In this document: piece after piece, positions 41,101 through 52,800 of the stretch
Layout of the letters: each line of letters starts with the position of its first letter
How positions within the stretch are numbered: position 1 is the stretch's first letter
NCBI GenBank assembly: GCA_031411295.1
Contig: JANOAV010000105.1
Location: 9,419 to 73,418 of the forward strand
Length of the DNA stretch: 64,000 nucleotides
From: Verrucomicrobiales bacterium
GTDB lineage: Bacteria > Verrucomicrobiota > Verrucomicrobiia > Verrucomicrobiales > V1-33
Reading direction: 5' to 3'
Program-made: the position numbers and the translations under genes
Notes under the pieces: generated by a model
Seen by the model: the letters and a program-made list of their open reading frames with translations, nothing else
What the model was told of the DNA's origin: nothing
The model's database searches: none

Positions 41101-44100
41101 TTCCAAACTAAAGGCCGTCGGCACGAACTGCTGGCGCTCCTGGCCGCTGATGCCCTTGAGTTCATTCAGAATTTCTCCTAACGTGCAGTCTTGATGGTCC
41201 ATCGCCTCCATCACTTGTTGCCGGACCTGTTCCAGGAAGCTCAGCGCCTTGGTCGATCCATGGACCTTGGCCCGCAGCGGGAGAAACTGCACGCAATGCC
41301 CCACCAGTCCGGCTTGCCCCGTGGCCGCTTGTCCGGCAAAGGGCACGCCCACCAGAAAATCATCCTGCCCTGTCAGTCGATGCAGCAAGACTTCCCACGC
41401 TCCCAGCATGATTTGAAATACCGTGAGCCGTCGCTCCTTCGCGATGTGTTTGACCTGATCCAACAATCCCGCAGGCAGGGTTAAGGCCACGGAGAAAGTA
41501 TCGTAGCCCGGTGCCTTGCGGGTAAAGTCTGTCGGCAGCGCGAGCGGAACTGGAGGGTTGGCCAAGCGCTGCAACCAATAGGCCTTCGAGGCCGCGCCCT
41601 CGCCCGAGGCTCGCTGGATGCGCTCATCAGCGGCATAGGCATCGAAGCGTGGGGCCGGAGTCGCGAATGGCTTCTGCTGCTGCGTCAATTCATACGCTTG
41701 CGGTAACTCTTGGAGGAGCACTCCGAACGACCAGCCATCACAAATGATGTGATGTGCCGTTAGGATTAAATGATGTTTCTGCTCCCCCAGCTTGATTAAA
41801 GCCGCCCGCAACATGGGGCCGTGGTTCAGCGCGAACGGGGTTAGGAAATGTTGCCGCCGCACTTCCTTCAGTTGCAGTTCCTGTTCTGCGCCACTGAGTT
41901 CGCCTAGCTCCAGCAACGGCAGCGGGAGGCGCACATTGGCGGCAATGTGCATCCCTTCCCCGTCTTCATCAAACGATGCTCTGAGGGCCACGTGGCGTTC
42001 CAACAGCATACCCAAAGCCTGATGCAGCGTTTCGGGCTGCAATTCCCCGTTGATCTCCACCGTCACAGATTCATGGCAAGCCGTGGAGGCTTGCTCGTCG
42101 AGCGATGATGCCAGCAGCAATTCCTGCTGCGCTGCGGTCAGCGGGGCATAGGACGGCATGAAAGTGGCCACCACTTCCAAGGAGGCGGGTTTCGAAGCTG
42201 CCGCTGCCATGTCTTGCTGAGTGGGGAGGAATCCTCCCGCTTGCAGTGCGCGCACACTTTCTTTAAAGGCGGCTATCACTTGCGCGATCTCTTCATCGGT
42301 GTGCTGGGTGCAGAGGAAACTGCTGCGCCCCGCCCACACATGGATGCCGCGTAGGCGCAGATGGAGAAATAGCAGTTCCGTGTATTTCAACTGCGGAGCA
42401 AAATTTACAAAATAGTAGCTGCTGAAGTGGGTTAGCCGAATCGGCACTCCAGCATCCTGACAAAAGGTATTGATGTCGCCCACGAACTTCGTCGTGCGTT
42501 CATTCATCCACGTTTGGAGTTGCGGCCCCTTTTCTTTGAGATGCAGCAACACGGCCTTGGCCGCCGCCAGTGCCAACGGATGGCGCACAAAGGTGCCGGC
42601 AAAAAAAGTGACCCCAACTTCCGGTCCAGAGTCATCCCCATACTGCCACTGACCGCCATCCAGTGCGTCCAGGAATTTCCGCTTCCCGGCCACCACGCCA
42701 ATGGGGAAGCCGCCGCCGATAATTTTGCCATAGGTGGCAATGTCTGCTTCAATGCCAAAATAACCCGCGGCCCCCCGGGGATGGATGCGGAAGCCGTTCA
42801 CCACTTCGTCCAAGACTAACGCGATTCCATGTTCTGCGGTAATCGCCCGCAGGGTGTGGAGGAACTCCGCTGGTTGCAGTTCGGGACGTCGGCTCTGGAC
42901 CGTTTCCACCAGCACCGCAGCAATTTCATGCGCATGGTCGCGAATGATCTCCAGGGACTCCGGGTTGTCATAATCCAATACCAAAATGTTCTCTCCCACG
43001 GCCTCGGGAATCCCCGGTGCGATGGGGATGGTGTGCAGTTGCTCGCCCTCCATCATCGGTCGCACTAGCACCTCGTCCATGATGCCGTGGTAGGCCCCGG
43101 CAAACATCACGATCTTATCGCGACCGGTCACGGTGCGGGACGTGCGAATGGCCGCCATCAAGGCTTCGCTGCCGGTATTGCAGAAGCTCACGCGCTCATG
43201 TCCGGTGAATTCGAGAAACAAAGTGGCTACTTCGCCCACCAGCGGATTGGTTGGTCCAATCTCGATTCCCTTCTCCAACTGCGCCTGCACCGCATCCATC
43301 ACAAAGGACGCGCGATGGCCGAGGAAGCCAACACCGAAGCCTTGGGTGATGTCGATGTATTCATTGCCATCCACATCCCAAATCCGACCGCCCTGAGAGC
43401 GATCCACAATCAGCGGATAGACCGCTTCTTTCCACAAATGATTGAATCCAGCGACTGCGCGCGGATCAGCAAAATGGTGGCGATGCTCCTGCGTGAAGGC
43501 CTTCGAGCCCTTGGTTTTGGCGGTATAGGCCGCCAGTAACTCATCCAAGTGAGCGCGTTGAGTTTCCGTCAGCGATCCATCCTTGGCCGTTTGCAACGGA
43601 CGGAACGGTCCGAAGGCAATCCGCTTGTCAGAGTTCACGTTCTGACTCATGGCGCGCACGGAGAACTTCTGCACCGCACCAACGCCCGGTGCCAGCAGCT
43701 CCCGCCGCAAATCCCCAATCGCTTGTTCGATGATGGCCAGACGATCTCCCGCAGGAGCAGGGACGCTGCTTGGAAGCAATGACAGTGGCTGACTTGGGGC
43801 TGTTGGTTGGAATTTTTCCGGTGGCAATTGGGCATCGAGATAGTCTGCCAACGATTGCAATGAGCCCAGTTCCTCCGCGATCTGGCGGAAGGTAATTTTA
43901 ACGCCGAAATGCTTCCGCAGGAAAATGCTCGCCTGAGTTAGGAACAGGGAGTCGAAACCGAGATCAAAGAATGAAGCTGCCGCAGGCGCACTGCTGAGAT
44001 CAATGCCGCTGGCCTTGTGTAACTGGGTTCGCAGTTCGCTTAACAAGTGTTCTGGCCGGGAGATGCTCCCCACAACAAGGAGTGGGGGACTCAACGCCGG

Positions 44101-46830
44101 AGCACTTAAGCCTGCGGTCACGATCCCATTTCCTGGCAAGAGCGCACTCTCACCGACCCGGGTGGTTCCTTCCGGCAACGAGCGAGCTGCGCAGAAACGT
44201 TCACGCTGGAACGGATACCCCGGCAACGTCACGCGCTGACGGATTTCCCCTGCATGCAGCGCGGACCAGTCAATCTCCACGCCCCCCAGCCACAATCGGC
44301 CGAGCGTGCGCATGAGTTCTGCGGACTCACCCGCGCCTGCGGCCTTGGCGGGTGGGAGTGAACTTAGGATTGTGGTGGCGGTGGCGGCTTGCGGATGTTG
44401 TCGCGCCAACGTAGCGAGCGCCTGACCGGGGCCCACTTCAAGGAGCGCTATCGGGCCGTCCCCTAACAGTGAACCGACCCCCTCGGCAAACCGCACGGTT
44501 TCCCGAATATGGCGCAAATAATATCCAGGCGAAGTCGCCTCCTCATCCGTGATGCGTCGGCCGGTCACGTTGGAGAGATACGGGATCTGTGGTGGATGCA
44601 ACGTGATGCCATCAAAGGCCCTGCGGAAGCGATCCAGGGCTGGTTCCATCATCGAGGAGTGAAAGGCGTGACTAGTGACCAAACGCCGACAACTAATTTC
44701 CTCGCGTGCGAAAACAGATTCCATGGCCGTGATCTGATCCAGTGATCCGGACACCACCATCAAGTTAGGACTATTGACCGCCGCCAGATCCACGCCTGGC
44801 AGGAGGAGCGCCCGCACTTTAATTTCGTCTGCCCGCACGCCGAGCATGGCCCCGGGCTCGCATTCCCAGAGACAGCGTCCCCGTGCCACCATCAGTTTCA
44901 GAGCATCCGGCAAACTCATGACCCCTGCCAGACAAGCCGCCACATACTCGCCAGCGCTGTGGCCGATCATGACCGAGGGCTGAACTCCCCAGGCCATCAG
45001 TAGTTTCGCCAAGGCATATTCAGTGACGAACAAGGCGGGTTGGGTGTAGCGTGTCTCTGCCAACTGAAGTTCTGCCGTGGCGGAATTTTCTGGCGCTGGA
45101 TTGAGCAGCGTTCTTAAATCAATCTCCAGCAGCGGTTGCAGGATCTCACAGCATTCTTGCAGTGCCTCCCGAAACACCGCCTCCTCCTTTGCCAAAGCTG
45201 CGCCCATGCCAATGTGTTGTGATCCTTGCCCTGCAAAGAGAAATGCCACGGGCAAGCGCCGTTCCCGTTGCACTTGCGTGAAATAATCTTTCCCTGCCGC
45301 CCCAGTCAGCGCGGTCTTGGCCTCTTCCACCGTGCTGGCAGCCAGAGCCAGACGATGGTTGAAGAGTTGCCGCCCGATTTGCAAAGTGAGCGCAACATCG
45401 GCTAGGTTCGTTTGTCCGGAGAGGTGCTGTGCCAAGTCCTGCCGCATCTGTTCCAGCGCTGGTGCAGTCTTCGCTGACAGCACCAAGATTTGAGAACTGC
45501 ATCCGCTATCGCTCGTGGGAAGTTCCGGAGCTTCCTCCAGCACGACATGCGCATTGGTGCCGCCGACGCCAAAGGAACTAACTCCTGCCCGCCGCGGATG
45601 GTCCAGACGTTTCCACTCCGTCGTTTTGCGATTAACGTAAAATGGACTATCTTCCAATCCTAACGTCGGATTGGGGGTCGTGAAATGGAGGCTGGCCGGG
45701 ATCGTCCGATGATAGAGCGACAACGCCGTTTTGATCAGTCCCGTCACTCCCGCAGCGGCATCCAGATGGCCAAAATTTGATTTAGCACTGCCGATCGCAC
45801 AGAAGCCAGTGCGTGTGCAACCACCCGCGCGGAAGGCTTCGGTGAGTCCGGCTATTTCAATGGGATCCCCAATGGGCGTAGCGGTGCCGTGCGCTTCAAT
45901 ATAGTCAATCGTATCGGGTTCAATCGCGCCTAACGCTTGCGCCAGACTGATGACTTCGGCGTGGCCGCCCACGCTGGGAGCCGTGAAACTCGATTTCTCC
46001 GAGCCATCGTTATTGATCGCTGCGCCCTTGATCACCGCATAAATGCGATCTCCGTCCCGCACCGCGTCCTCGATCCGCTTCAATACCACCACGCCCAGTC
46101 CATTGCTGAAAATAGTGCCTTGCGCTCTCTCATCAAAGGATCGGCAATGACCATCCGGGGAGACAATGCCTCCTTCTTGATAAAGATAACCCCGCTCTTG
46201 GGGGAACTTGACACTAACGCCCCCCGCTAACGCGACATCACACTGGAAAGTCTGCAAACCACTAACCGCCTGGCAAATCGCCACCAGGGAGGTGGCGCAG
46301 GCCGTATAGATATTGAGGGCTGGACCGCGGAGATTGAGTTTGTAAGCCACGCGCGTCGCGAGGTAATCCTTTTCATTACCGATCATGACCAGTTCCGGGC
46401 CGGCTTGTTGGCGGATTTCTGGGTTGAACTCCACCTGGCTTTGGAAATAACTATTGCTGGACATCCCCGCATACACTCCGATGCAACTAGTGCTCCGAGC
46501 GGGATCGACTGCGGCATCTTCCAGCGCATGATAGCATGCTTCGAGGAATAACCGTTGCTGAGGATCTGTCACCTCCGCCTCCTTCGGGCTCATGCCGAAG
46601 AAGCTGGCATCGAACCATTCGGGTTGATGCAGGATGCCTCGACGCGGGACGTAATCAGGATCGTTCGCCGCTTCCTCAGGGCTTAGCTCGTCTTTAGCAA
46701 GCGTCGTGATGCCTTCTTCGGCCTGCACGAGGCGCTGCCAGAAAGCCTGCAGATCGTCCGCTCCAGGAAATTTACCAGCAAGGCCAACAATGGCGATGCC
46801 TTCGAGTGCAGTGGTAGATGGGTCGTTCAT
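38155..46830 (-). CDS. Hybrid PKS-NRPS: KS-AT-ACP-aminotransferase(class III)-C-A-PCP-TE
   Basis: KS TACATS, EAHGT, GHLD; AT GHSAG, HAFH; ACP GFDSL; AMT DEVVNGFR, YGKIIGGG; C HHIICDG; A YTSGSTG, YGITE, YRTGD; PCP GGTSL; TE GYSYG. Start taken at ATG 46830. Confidence 0.95.
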   Translation of the reverse strand: MNDPSTTALEGIAIVGLAGKFPGADDLQAFWQRLVQAEEGITTLAKDELSPEEAANDPDYVPRRGILHQPEWFDASFFGMSPKEAEVTDPQQRLFLEACYHALEDAAVDPARSTSCIGVYAGMSSNSYFQSQVEFNPEIRQQAGPELVMIGNEKDYLATRVAYKLNLRGPALNIYTACATSLVAICQAVSGLQTFQCDVALAGGVSVKFPQERGYLYQEGGIVSPDGHCRSFDERAQGTIFSNGLGVVVLKRIEDAVRDGDRIYAVIKGAAINNDGSEKSSFTAPSVGGHAEVISLAQALGAIEPDTIDYIEAHGTATPIGDPIEIAGLTEAFRAGGCTRTGFCAIGSAKSNFGHLDAAAGVTGLIKTALSLYHRTIPASLHFTTPNPTLGLEDSPFYVNRKTTEWKRLDHPRRAGVSSFGVGGTNAHVVLEEAPELPTSDSGCSSQILVLSAKTAPALEQMRQDLAQHLSGQTNLADVALTLQIGRQLFNHRLALAASTVEEAKTALTGAAGKDYFTQVQRERRLPVAFLFAGQGSQHIGMGAALAKEEAVFREALQECCEILQPLLEIDLRTLLNPAPENSATAELQLAETRYTQPALFVTEYALAKLLMAWGVQPSVMIGHSAGEYVAACLAGVMSLPDALKLMVARGRCLWECEPGAMLGVRADEIKVRALLLPGVDLAAVNSPNLMVVSGSLDQITAMESVFAREEISCRRLVTSHAFHSSMMEPALDRFRRAFDGITLHPPQIPYLSNVTGRRITDEEATSPGYYLRHIRETVRFAEGVGSLLGDGPIALLEVGPGQALATLARQHPQAATATTILSSLPPAKAAGAGESAELMRTLGRLWLGGVEIDWSALHAGEIRQRVTLPGYPFQRERFCAARSLPEGTTRVGESALLPGNGIVTAGLSAPALSPPLLVVGSISRPEHLLSELRTQLHKASGIDLSSAPAAASFFDLGFDSLFLTQASIFLRKHFGVKITFRQIAEELGSLQSLADYLDAQLPPEKFQPTAPSQPLSLLPSSVPAPAGDRLAIIEQAIGDLRRELLAPGVGAVQKFSVRAMSQNVNSDKRIAFGPFRPLQTAKDGSLTETQRAHLDELLAAYTAKTKGSKAFTQEHRHHFADPRAVAGFNHLWKEAVYPLIVDRSQGGRIWDVDGNEYIDITQGFGVGFLGHRASFVMDAVQAQLEKGIEIGPTNPLVGEVATLFLEFTGHERVSFCNTGSEALMAAIRTSRTVTGRDKIVMFAGAYHGIMDEVLVRPMMEGEQLHTIPIAPGIPEAVGENILVLDYDNPESLEIIRDHAHEIAAVLVETVQSRRPELQPAEFLHTLRAITAEHGIALVLDEVVNGFRIHPRGAAGYFGIEADIATYGKIIGGGFPIGVVAGKRKFLDALDGGQWQYGDDSGPEVGVTFFAGTFVRHPLALAAAKAVLLHLKEKGPQLQTWMNERTTKFVGDINTFCQDAGVPIRLTHFSSYYFVNFAPQLKYTELLFLHLRLRGIHVWAGRSSFLCTQHTDEEIAQVIAAFKESVRALQAGGFLPTQQDMAAAASKPASLEVVATFMPSYAPLTAAQQELLLASSLDEQASTACHESVTVEINGELQPETLHQALGMLLERHVALRASFDEDGEGMHIAANVRLPLPLLELGELSGAEQELQLKEVRRQHFLTPFALNHGPMLRAALIKLGEQKHHLILTAHHIICDGWSFGVLLQELPQAYELTQQQKPFATPAPRFDAYAADERIQRASGEGAASKAYWLQRLANPPVPLALPTDFTRKAPGYDTFSVALTLPAGLLDQVKHIAKERRLTVFQIMLGAWEVLLHRLTGQDDFLVGVPFAGQAATGQAGLVGHCVQFLPLRAKVHGSTKALSFLEQVRQQVMEAMDHQDCTLGEILNELKGISGQERQQFVPTAFSLESMGADTIAAGGLAFTTILNPKLRSNFPLTLYAYQGAEDLRLLCAARSELFREETIQQWMLHYQRLLQSLCAHPEMEISRLPMLTTGQRSELIHGFNAHGRKAGGDLCLHAWFEQQAQQHPQALALTCGTQNLTYGEVNARANQLAHALIEAGVRPGMLVGLCLERANPLVVAILGILKAGAAYVPMDLSYPAARLAFLLEDAAAPVLVAQRSLLKQLPEHAGRTLFIDDALTDFPTTNPLTSIIPDDIAYVIYTSGSTGQPKGCRITHRNVTRLMQSTEAWFNFNARDVWTLFHSAAFDFSVWEIWGALLYGGRLVVVPFNLARSPDEFYELLATEKVTVLNQTPSAFKQLMAAEATLSQAPALSLRYVIFGGEALEMAALQPWFARHGDQSPQLVNMYGITETTVHVTYRPLTTADMKGGSMIGVPIPDLQIYLLDTAGEPVPFGCVGEMYVGGDGLAQGYLNRPELTAERFVPDHLTGRPGAKLYRTGDLARFRPGRELEYLGRADQQVKLRGYRIELGEIESVLLTHPDVRDAAVLPQQNADGETYLAAFVVYDKDLPTSEALRKHLQAKLPDYMVPSAYVCMESFPLTENGKLNRQALSAPQPDMVVPPTDRARAYVAPRTDFEQRLALIWQDILRLTAVSSDDNFFEIGGTSLHGLRLFTRIRTDFRVALPLGTLFRAPTLEKLATVIETTANATRGKVSPLTCIQPTGDELAFFGIHGGDGGALFYKGLLSRFGTERQLYTVESPALIDESLPIESIPIPAVAAEYVALIRLAQRRGPYVLGGYSYGGLVAYEMAQQLLAAGEEVPLLVMFDTENPNVPAREYTLGERISVNWRTSQSHNVAGKLLQLGGRFSSGLIQRFRTDAETASARRLLKQGVRAEEERLRYVQIREANIQAAEGYRAAPLATTMLLFRSSEVSDKFDLSEDYGWTSLVDRLIIDRVPGNHLEIFDEPNVSQMADKLRRHLAKLTPSPMLT

Positions 46831-46837
46831 GGGGAAG

Positions 46838-49800
46838 TTAGGAAAGCGGTGGGAGTCCGCGCGCCCGTGCCATGGCGGCTCGGGCAGCGGTCGCCCGGGC
46901 GCGGGCTTGCGTCGCCATGTTCTGGGCAGCGGTGATGGGGAGGGCGGCTGGTTTCGCGGGGTGCAGTGGTGGGGCGGTTTCCAGCAGCCCCGCCAGCGAG
47001 GCAATCGTCGGATGCGAGAAAACCTGCACAATCGAGAGGGTCAAGCCCAACTCACTGCGCAGTCGCTGATGCACGCGTATCATCAGTAATGATTGCCCCC
47101 CAAGATCGAAGAAATTTTCGTGGATCGAAATGTCAGTGAGGCCAAAGGCGCGTTGCCAGATCTCGGCCATGGCCTTTTCCAAAGGCGTGCGCGGAGCGAC
47201 ACGTTCGGCGGTTCGCGTCACTGGCAGGGTGGTCGGGGCCATGCCCGCTGGCAGTTGGCAGGAGGCCATGATGGTGGACAATGAATGCTGCTCTGGGCCG
47301 ATGAGCTGCAGGAGGAGTTGCTTCCATTCCTCCAGCAGCAAGCGGGCCCGGGCGGGGGAACACGAGGCCGCTTGATGGGCTAATAATATTTCGTAGGTCG
47401 TCCCCGGCGTAATCATTAGCGTCAGCGGGTAGTTCGTATGCACTGGCCCGACGAACTCCGACAACGCGACCTCGGGGCCAAAGGTCATGACCCCATGTTG
47501 CGTCTGGAAGTTTTGGAACACCAGCAAACTGTCGAACAAGCGTCGATTCCAGGGGATCTCACTCCATTCCTGCATTTGCGCGATGCTGGAATGCTGATGC
47601 CCCGTCAGTGTAAAAAGCTGGGCCTGAACTTCCTTGATAAAATCTTTGGAGCGCTGATCCGGCCTGACTTGCAGGCGGACCGGCAGGTTGTTGATAAAGG
47701 GGCCGACGATGCGTTCCACGCCCGCTAGTTCGCTGGGACGACCATTGCTGGCAGTGCCGAACATCACTTCCGTGACATCGGCACAACGTGCCAAGAGCAG
47801 TGCCCAAGCGGCATGGAGCACCGCCCCGTTGGTAACTTGGTGCGCCCGAGCAAAACGTGTGAGCCGATCCACCACATCAACGCCAAGCACGATCACGGTT
47901 TCGGAGAATTTCCGGCCGACCCCTTGATGCTGTAAGGTTTCGAGCGGCACTGGGGTTGGTGCCGTAAGGCCACGAAGTTCCGCGCGCCAGAAATCAGCCT
48001 CAGCTTCTTGCGGTCTGGCCTGCAGCCATGCCAAATATTCCCGATACGCGGGTGCCACCGGCAGCGGGGTGCTTGAGGTCATGAGCGACGAAACCTCCTG
48101 GAAGACAATTGGCCAGGACCAGCCATCCATCAGGATTTCCGGCACGCACCATAGGAATCGCCAGGTGGTGTCCGTCAAACGGATCAGCGCGAAACGTGAG
48201 AGGGGAGCGATTGTCAAATCATTCGGTCGCGCTGCGTCTTGCAGAAGAAATTCCGTCCACTTTGCAGCGTGCGTTTCCGCCGCCTGTCCGCGCCAATCGT
48301 CGAGGTGCCAGTAGGGTTGCAGTCCATTCCTCACGACTTGCACGGGCTGGTTCAATTGATGGGAATGAAAGGAGGTGCGCAGCAACCCATGGCGCTGCAA
48401 GACTTGCTCCCAGGCGGCCTGGAAACGTGGCACATCGAGTGGCCCCTCCAACCGGCTGTGCCATTGGTCATAGCCGGCATTGGTTTTGGCTACGGCGGCT
48501 CCATAATACAATTCTTGAATCGGAGAGAGCGGCCAGACATCCGCCACCTCTCCTGGCGCTTGTTGGAGCTTGGCTAGTTCAACCGGGGAAAGTTTCACCA
48601 GCGTGAAATCGTTGACCTCCGGAGGCGCAGCCAATCCCTGGCTGGCCCGTGTGATGATTTCCCGCAAGGCGCTGGCGAAAGCTTCCACTAATGGTTGCAC
48701 GCGAGCTGTAGCAAGGCGATCGGCGTTATACTTCCACTCGAGTTGGAATTTCTCCTCGCGAATAAAGCAATCGATCTCATGCTCGTGCAGCCGCATGGCG
48801 GAGAAATGATGCCACGGTCCGGTGGCTTCAGGGGCGAGCGTGAAGAGAGTGGATTCGGCTGTCAGTTGATCGAGTCGGCCCCAGAAGTTAAAAGCAATTT
48901 CAATCTCGCTAGGCGGCAAAGGAGAAGTGTCTGCATACCGCAGGAAACCATAGCCAGCACCATTTTGCGGCAGGCTCTGGAGTTGGTCCCGCACGTGTCG
49001 CATGACGGCAAGGATGTCATTACTTTCCGGCGGCAAGGTGAGGCCAAGTGGAAAGAGTGCGGTAAACCAACCCACGGTCCGGCTGAGATCTGCGCTGCCG
49101 AAAAGTTCCTCCCGTCCATGCGCCTCTAAATGCAGCCAAACTTGATCACGCCCCAACTGCCGATGACAGGCCAAGAGGAAGGCACTGAGCAGCGCGTCTT
49201 GGATGCGCGTGCGATAAACGTTGGGAACCTTTTGCAGCAGCGTCGTTGTTTCCTCAACGGTTAGTTCAAAGCGCAAGGTGGTCGCGCTCCCTTCAGTGTT
49301 AGTGTGGCTGCGATTAGGCTCCAGCAATGGCGTGATGGTTCCCGGCAACCGCTGTGCCCACCAGGTCTTCTCGGCCATGGCCGCTGGAGAGCGTGACCAA
49401 AGCTCGCCCAACGCCGCCGCATCCGCAAAGGGCGTAGGCACGGCTTCCAGCGCGGCACCATGATAGGCTGCTTCAAGGTCGTGCAGCAGAATATTCCACG
49501 ACACGCCATCCACCGCCAAGTGATGCGCGACGCACAGTAAGCGCCCCGGACGATCCTCGCCCAAGTCCGCATACACCAAGCGCAGCAGCGGGCCATGCTC
49601 ATAGTTCAAGCGCGATTGCGCAGACTCGCTGAGTTTGAGGATTTTCTGCGCCAATTTGCCATTGGCGAAACCATTTAAATCATGGCATTCCAAGGTCTCC
49701 AAGACCTCCAAAGCGGAAACCTTCTGCTGCCACCCCGAGGCACCTTTGGTGAATCTGAGCCTCAGCGCCTGATGCTGAGCAAGCAGCGCAGCTACGGCGC

Positions 49801-52800
49801 GACGCAGCTTAGGCACCTCCAGCCGTTCATTGACCGACAGTAGGAAAGCTTGATTCCAGTGGTGACTAGCCTGGAGTTCCTGGGCAAAGAACCAGCGCTG
49901 AATGGGCAGCAGTGGAATGTTCTCGGTCGAAGCATTCAGGGCGGATTGGGTCGCTTGCCCCAAGCCTTCGATCTTTGCCAGTTGGGCGATGGTTTGATGT
50001 TCGAACAACTGCCGCGGCGTGAAGGATAACCCTACTTTGCGAGCTTGGGCAATCATGTGAATGCTCAAAATGGAATCACCACCGAGGGCAAAGAAGTTAT
50101 CGTTCACACCTACACGGTCCACCTTTAGGACCTTCGCCCAGATGCGTGCTAACTGCGTTTCCGCTGCGGTAGCAGGCTCCACGAATGCTTGCGTCAGGAG
50201 TTCGCGCGGGCCGCTGGGAGCTGGTAATGCCACGCGATCCAGCTTGCCGTTGCTGGTGAGAGGAAAATGCTCCAAGACCACGAAAGCCGCCGGCACCATG
50301 TAATCTGGCAACTTAATCTGGAGATGCGAGCGGAGCGACTCAACGCTGGGTCGCTCGGCTTTGGGGACGAGATAGGCCACAAGTCGCTTCTCCCCGGGAT
50401 GATCTTCGCGCGCCAGCACCGCCACTTCCTGCACTTGCGGATGAATTGTTAGGATGGATTCGATTTCTCCCAATTCAATGCGGAAGCCACGAATTTTAAC
50501 CTGTTGATCGATCCGCCCCAGATACTCTACGTCACGGCCGGGGAGGAAGCGAGCGAGGTCGCCCGTGCGGTAAAGCCGGGCGTTAGGCAACGTGGAAAAT
50601 GGATTGGCAATGAAACGCTGTGCAGTCAGTTCCGGACGCTGCAAGTAACCCTGAGCAAGCCCGGCCCCGCCGACGAATAATTCCCCGGGCACGCCTAACG
50701 GCACCGGTTGGAGGTGCGCATCGAGGATGTAGAGTTGGAGATCCGGGATCGGAATTCCGATCACGCTGCCCCCGTGGACGTCGGCGGCCGAGATCGGGCG
50801 GTAGGTCACGTGCACCGTTGTTTCCGTGATGCCATACATATTCACCAGTTGAGGCGTCCGGTCGCCATGACGCTCGAACCATGGTTGCAGGCTTTGCATT
50901 TCCAAGGCTTCGCCTCCGAAGATGACGTAGCGTAGAGCCAGATCCAGGGGCTGGGTGGCGGCGGCCTCTGCGGCCATGAGTTGACGGAAAGCGCTGGGGG
51001 TTTGATTCAGGACGGTGACTTGCTCTGCTGCCAGGAGTCGATAAAAATCCTCGGGCGAACGTGAGGTGTGGTAAGGCACGATCAACAGGCGACCACCATA
51101 CAGCAGCGCGCCCCAGATCTCCCAAACGCTGAAGTCAAAAGCCACACTGTGAAATAGCGTCCAAACATCCGTGCTATCAAATCCAAACCAAGCCTCGGTG
51201 CTTTGGAACAAGCGCGCCACGTTGCGATGTGTGACGATGCACCCCTTGGGTCGCCCCGTAGAGCCGCTCGTGAAAATCACATAAGCCGCATGGTCGGGGG
51301 TGACTTCGACGGATGGATCATTGGAGTTTCCACCGTGGTAGATTTGCAGGTCATCCACATACAGATTCTTGCAACCGTGCCGTGGCAGGCGGGCGCTGAG
51401 CTTGCGTTGCGTTAGCAGCACCGGAGCCGCCGCATCTTCCAGCATGAAACTCAGACGTTCCGCCGGATAACTCAGATCGATGGGAACGTAGGCGGCACCA
51501 CATTTCAGTATCGCCAGCAAAGCCACGATCAAATCCAGGCTGCGTTCCACACACACGCCCACCAGCATGCCCGGGGTCACCTGCTGACCCTGCAAATAAT
51601 GCGCCAGTTGGTTCGCCCGTTGGTTGGTCTGGGCATACGTCCAGTTCGTGCCCTCACAAGTAAGCGCAATGTCGTTTGGCGTGCGGGCCGCAATCCCTTC
51701 GAACCAATGGTGCAGGCAAATGTCTCCACCGAATTCGCGCTGCCCCTGATGGAAATCCTCCACCAGTTCGCGACGTGCTTCGCTGGTAAGGATTTGCAAT
51801 TCGCTCAGGGGCTTTTCAGGATGGTCGCAGAGCGATTCAATCAGCATTTCGTAATGTTGCAGCCATCTCTCCGCGGTGGCTTCCGTGAGCACTGCGCAGT
51901 TGTATTCCAACACCAACGCATAACCTTCAGGCAACGGAGTGGTCTCCAAGACCAGATCGAATTTGGCCCCTCCGTTGTGGATGCTAACGGGCTCGCAGGC
52001 AAGGCCGGGCACGCTGAAATCCGCCCCCGCAGAATCCTGGAGGACAAACAAATGCTGGATCAGCGGGGGATGGCTGAGATCGCGCGGCAGGTTCAGGGAA
52101 TCGACCAAATTCTCGAAAGGCAGATCCTGATGATTCAAGGCGTTCACTACCGTCGCCCGAGCGGACGCAAGGAAATCCAGACCTGACTGCTCAGGGTGGC
52201 ATGACGTCCGGAGAATGACGGTATTGACAAAACAGCCCATCACATTCTGCACCGCTGAATGCGTGCGCCCCGCCACTGGGGTGCCGATGACGATGTCGGT
52301 GGCTCCGCTTAGTCGATGCAGGAGCACTTGGAAGGCCCCGGCCAGGATGACGAAGGGCGTGGTTTGCACTCGTTGCGCCAGGGCTTCGATGCGTTTCCGG
52401 AGATCGAGTCTTAATCCCCGCGCCACCACATCGCCCACATAATTTCGCACCGGAGGGTGCGGGCGATCCGTCGGCAGTTGGAGGATCGGTGGGGCTCCGC
52501 GCATTTGCTCTTTCCAATAAGCCAGGTCTGCCGTGAAGTCCCCGGTCTCCAGACGGCGGTTGATCCATGAGGCAAAGCCGGCACACGTGGCCGCGAGTTG
52601 CGGCCAGACTGGCTGACGCTGACGCAAGGCGGCGTTGTAGGCCAGCGCCAAATCCTGATAGAATAAGGTGACCGACCAACCATCCGAGATGATGTGGTGG
52701 AAGGTAACCACGAGCAAATGCTCCTCGGGCGAAATCTGATAGAGCAAGCAGCGACACAGCGGACCTTCCGCCAGACTAAACGGGATGCGGGCGTCAGCCG

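Noticed and set aside
46831..47031. 67-aa N-terminal extension of the PKS-NRPS in the ORF track (likewise the extensions at 13819, 24562, 30458, 32720, 36584 and 56673)
   Set aside because: These overlap upstream genes or precede clear signal peptides; the downstream ATGs fit better.
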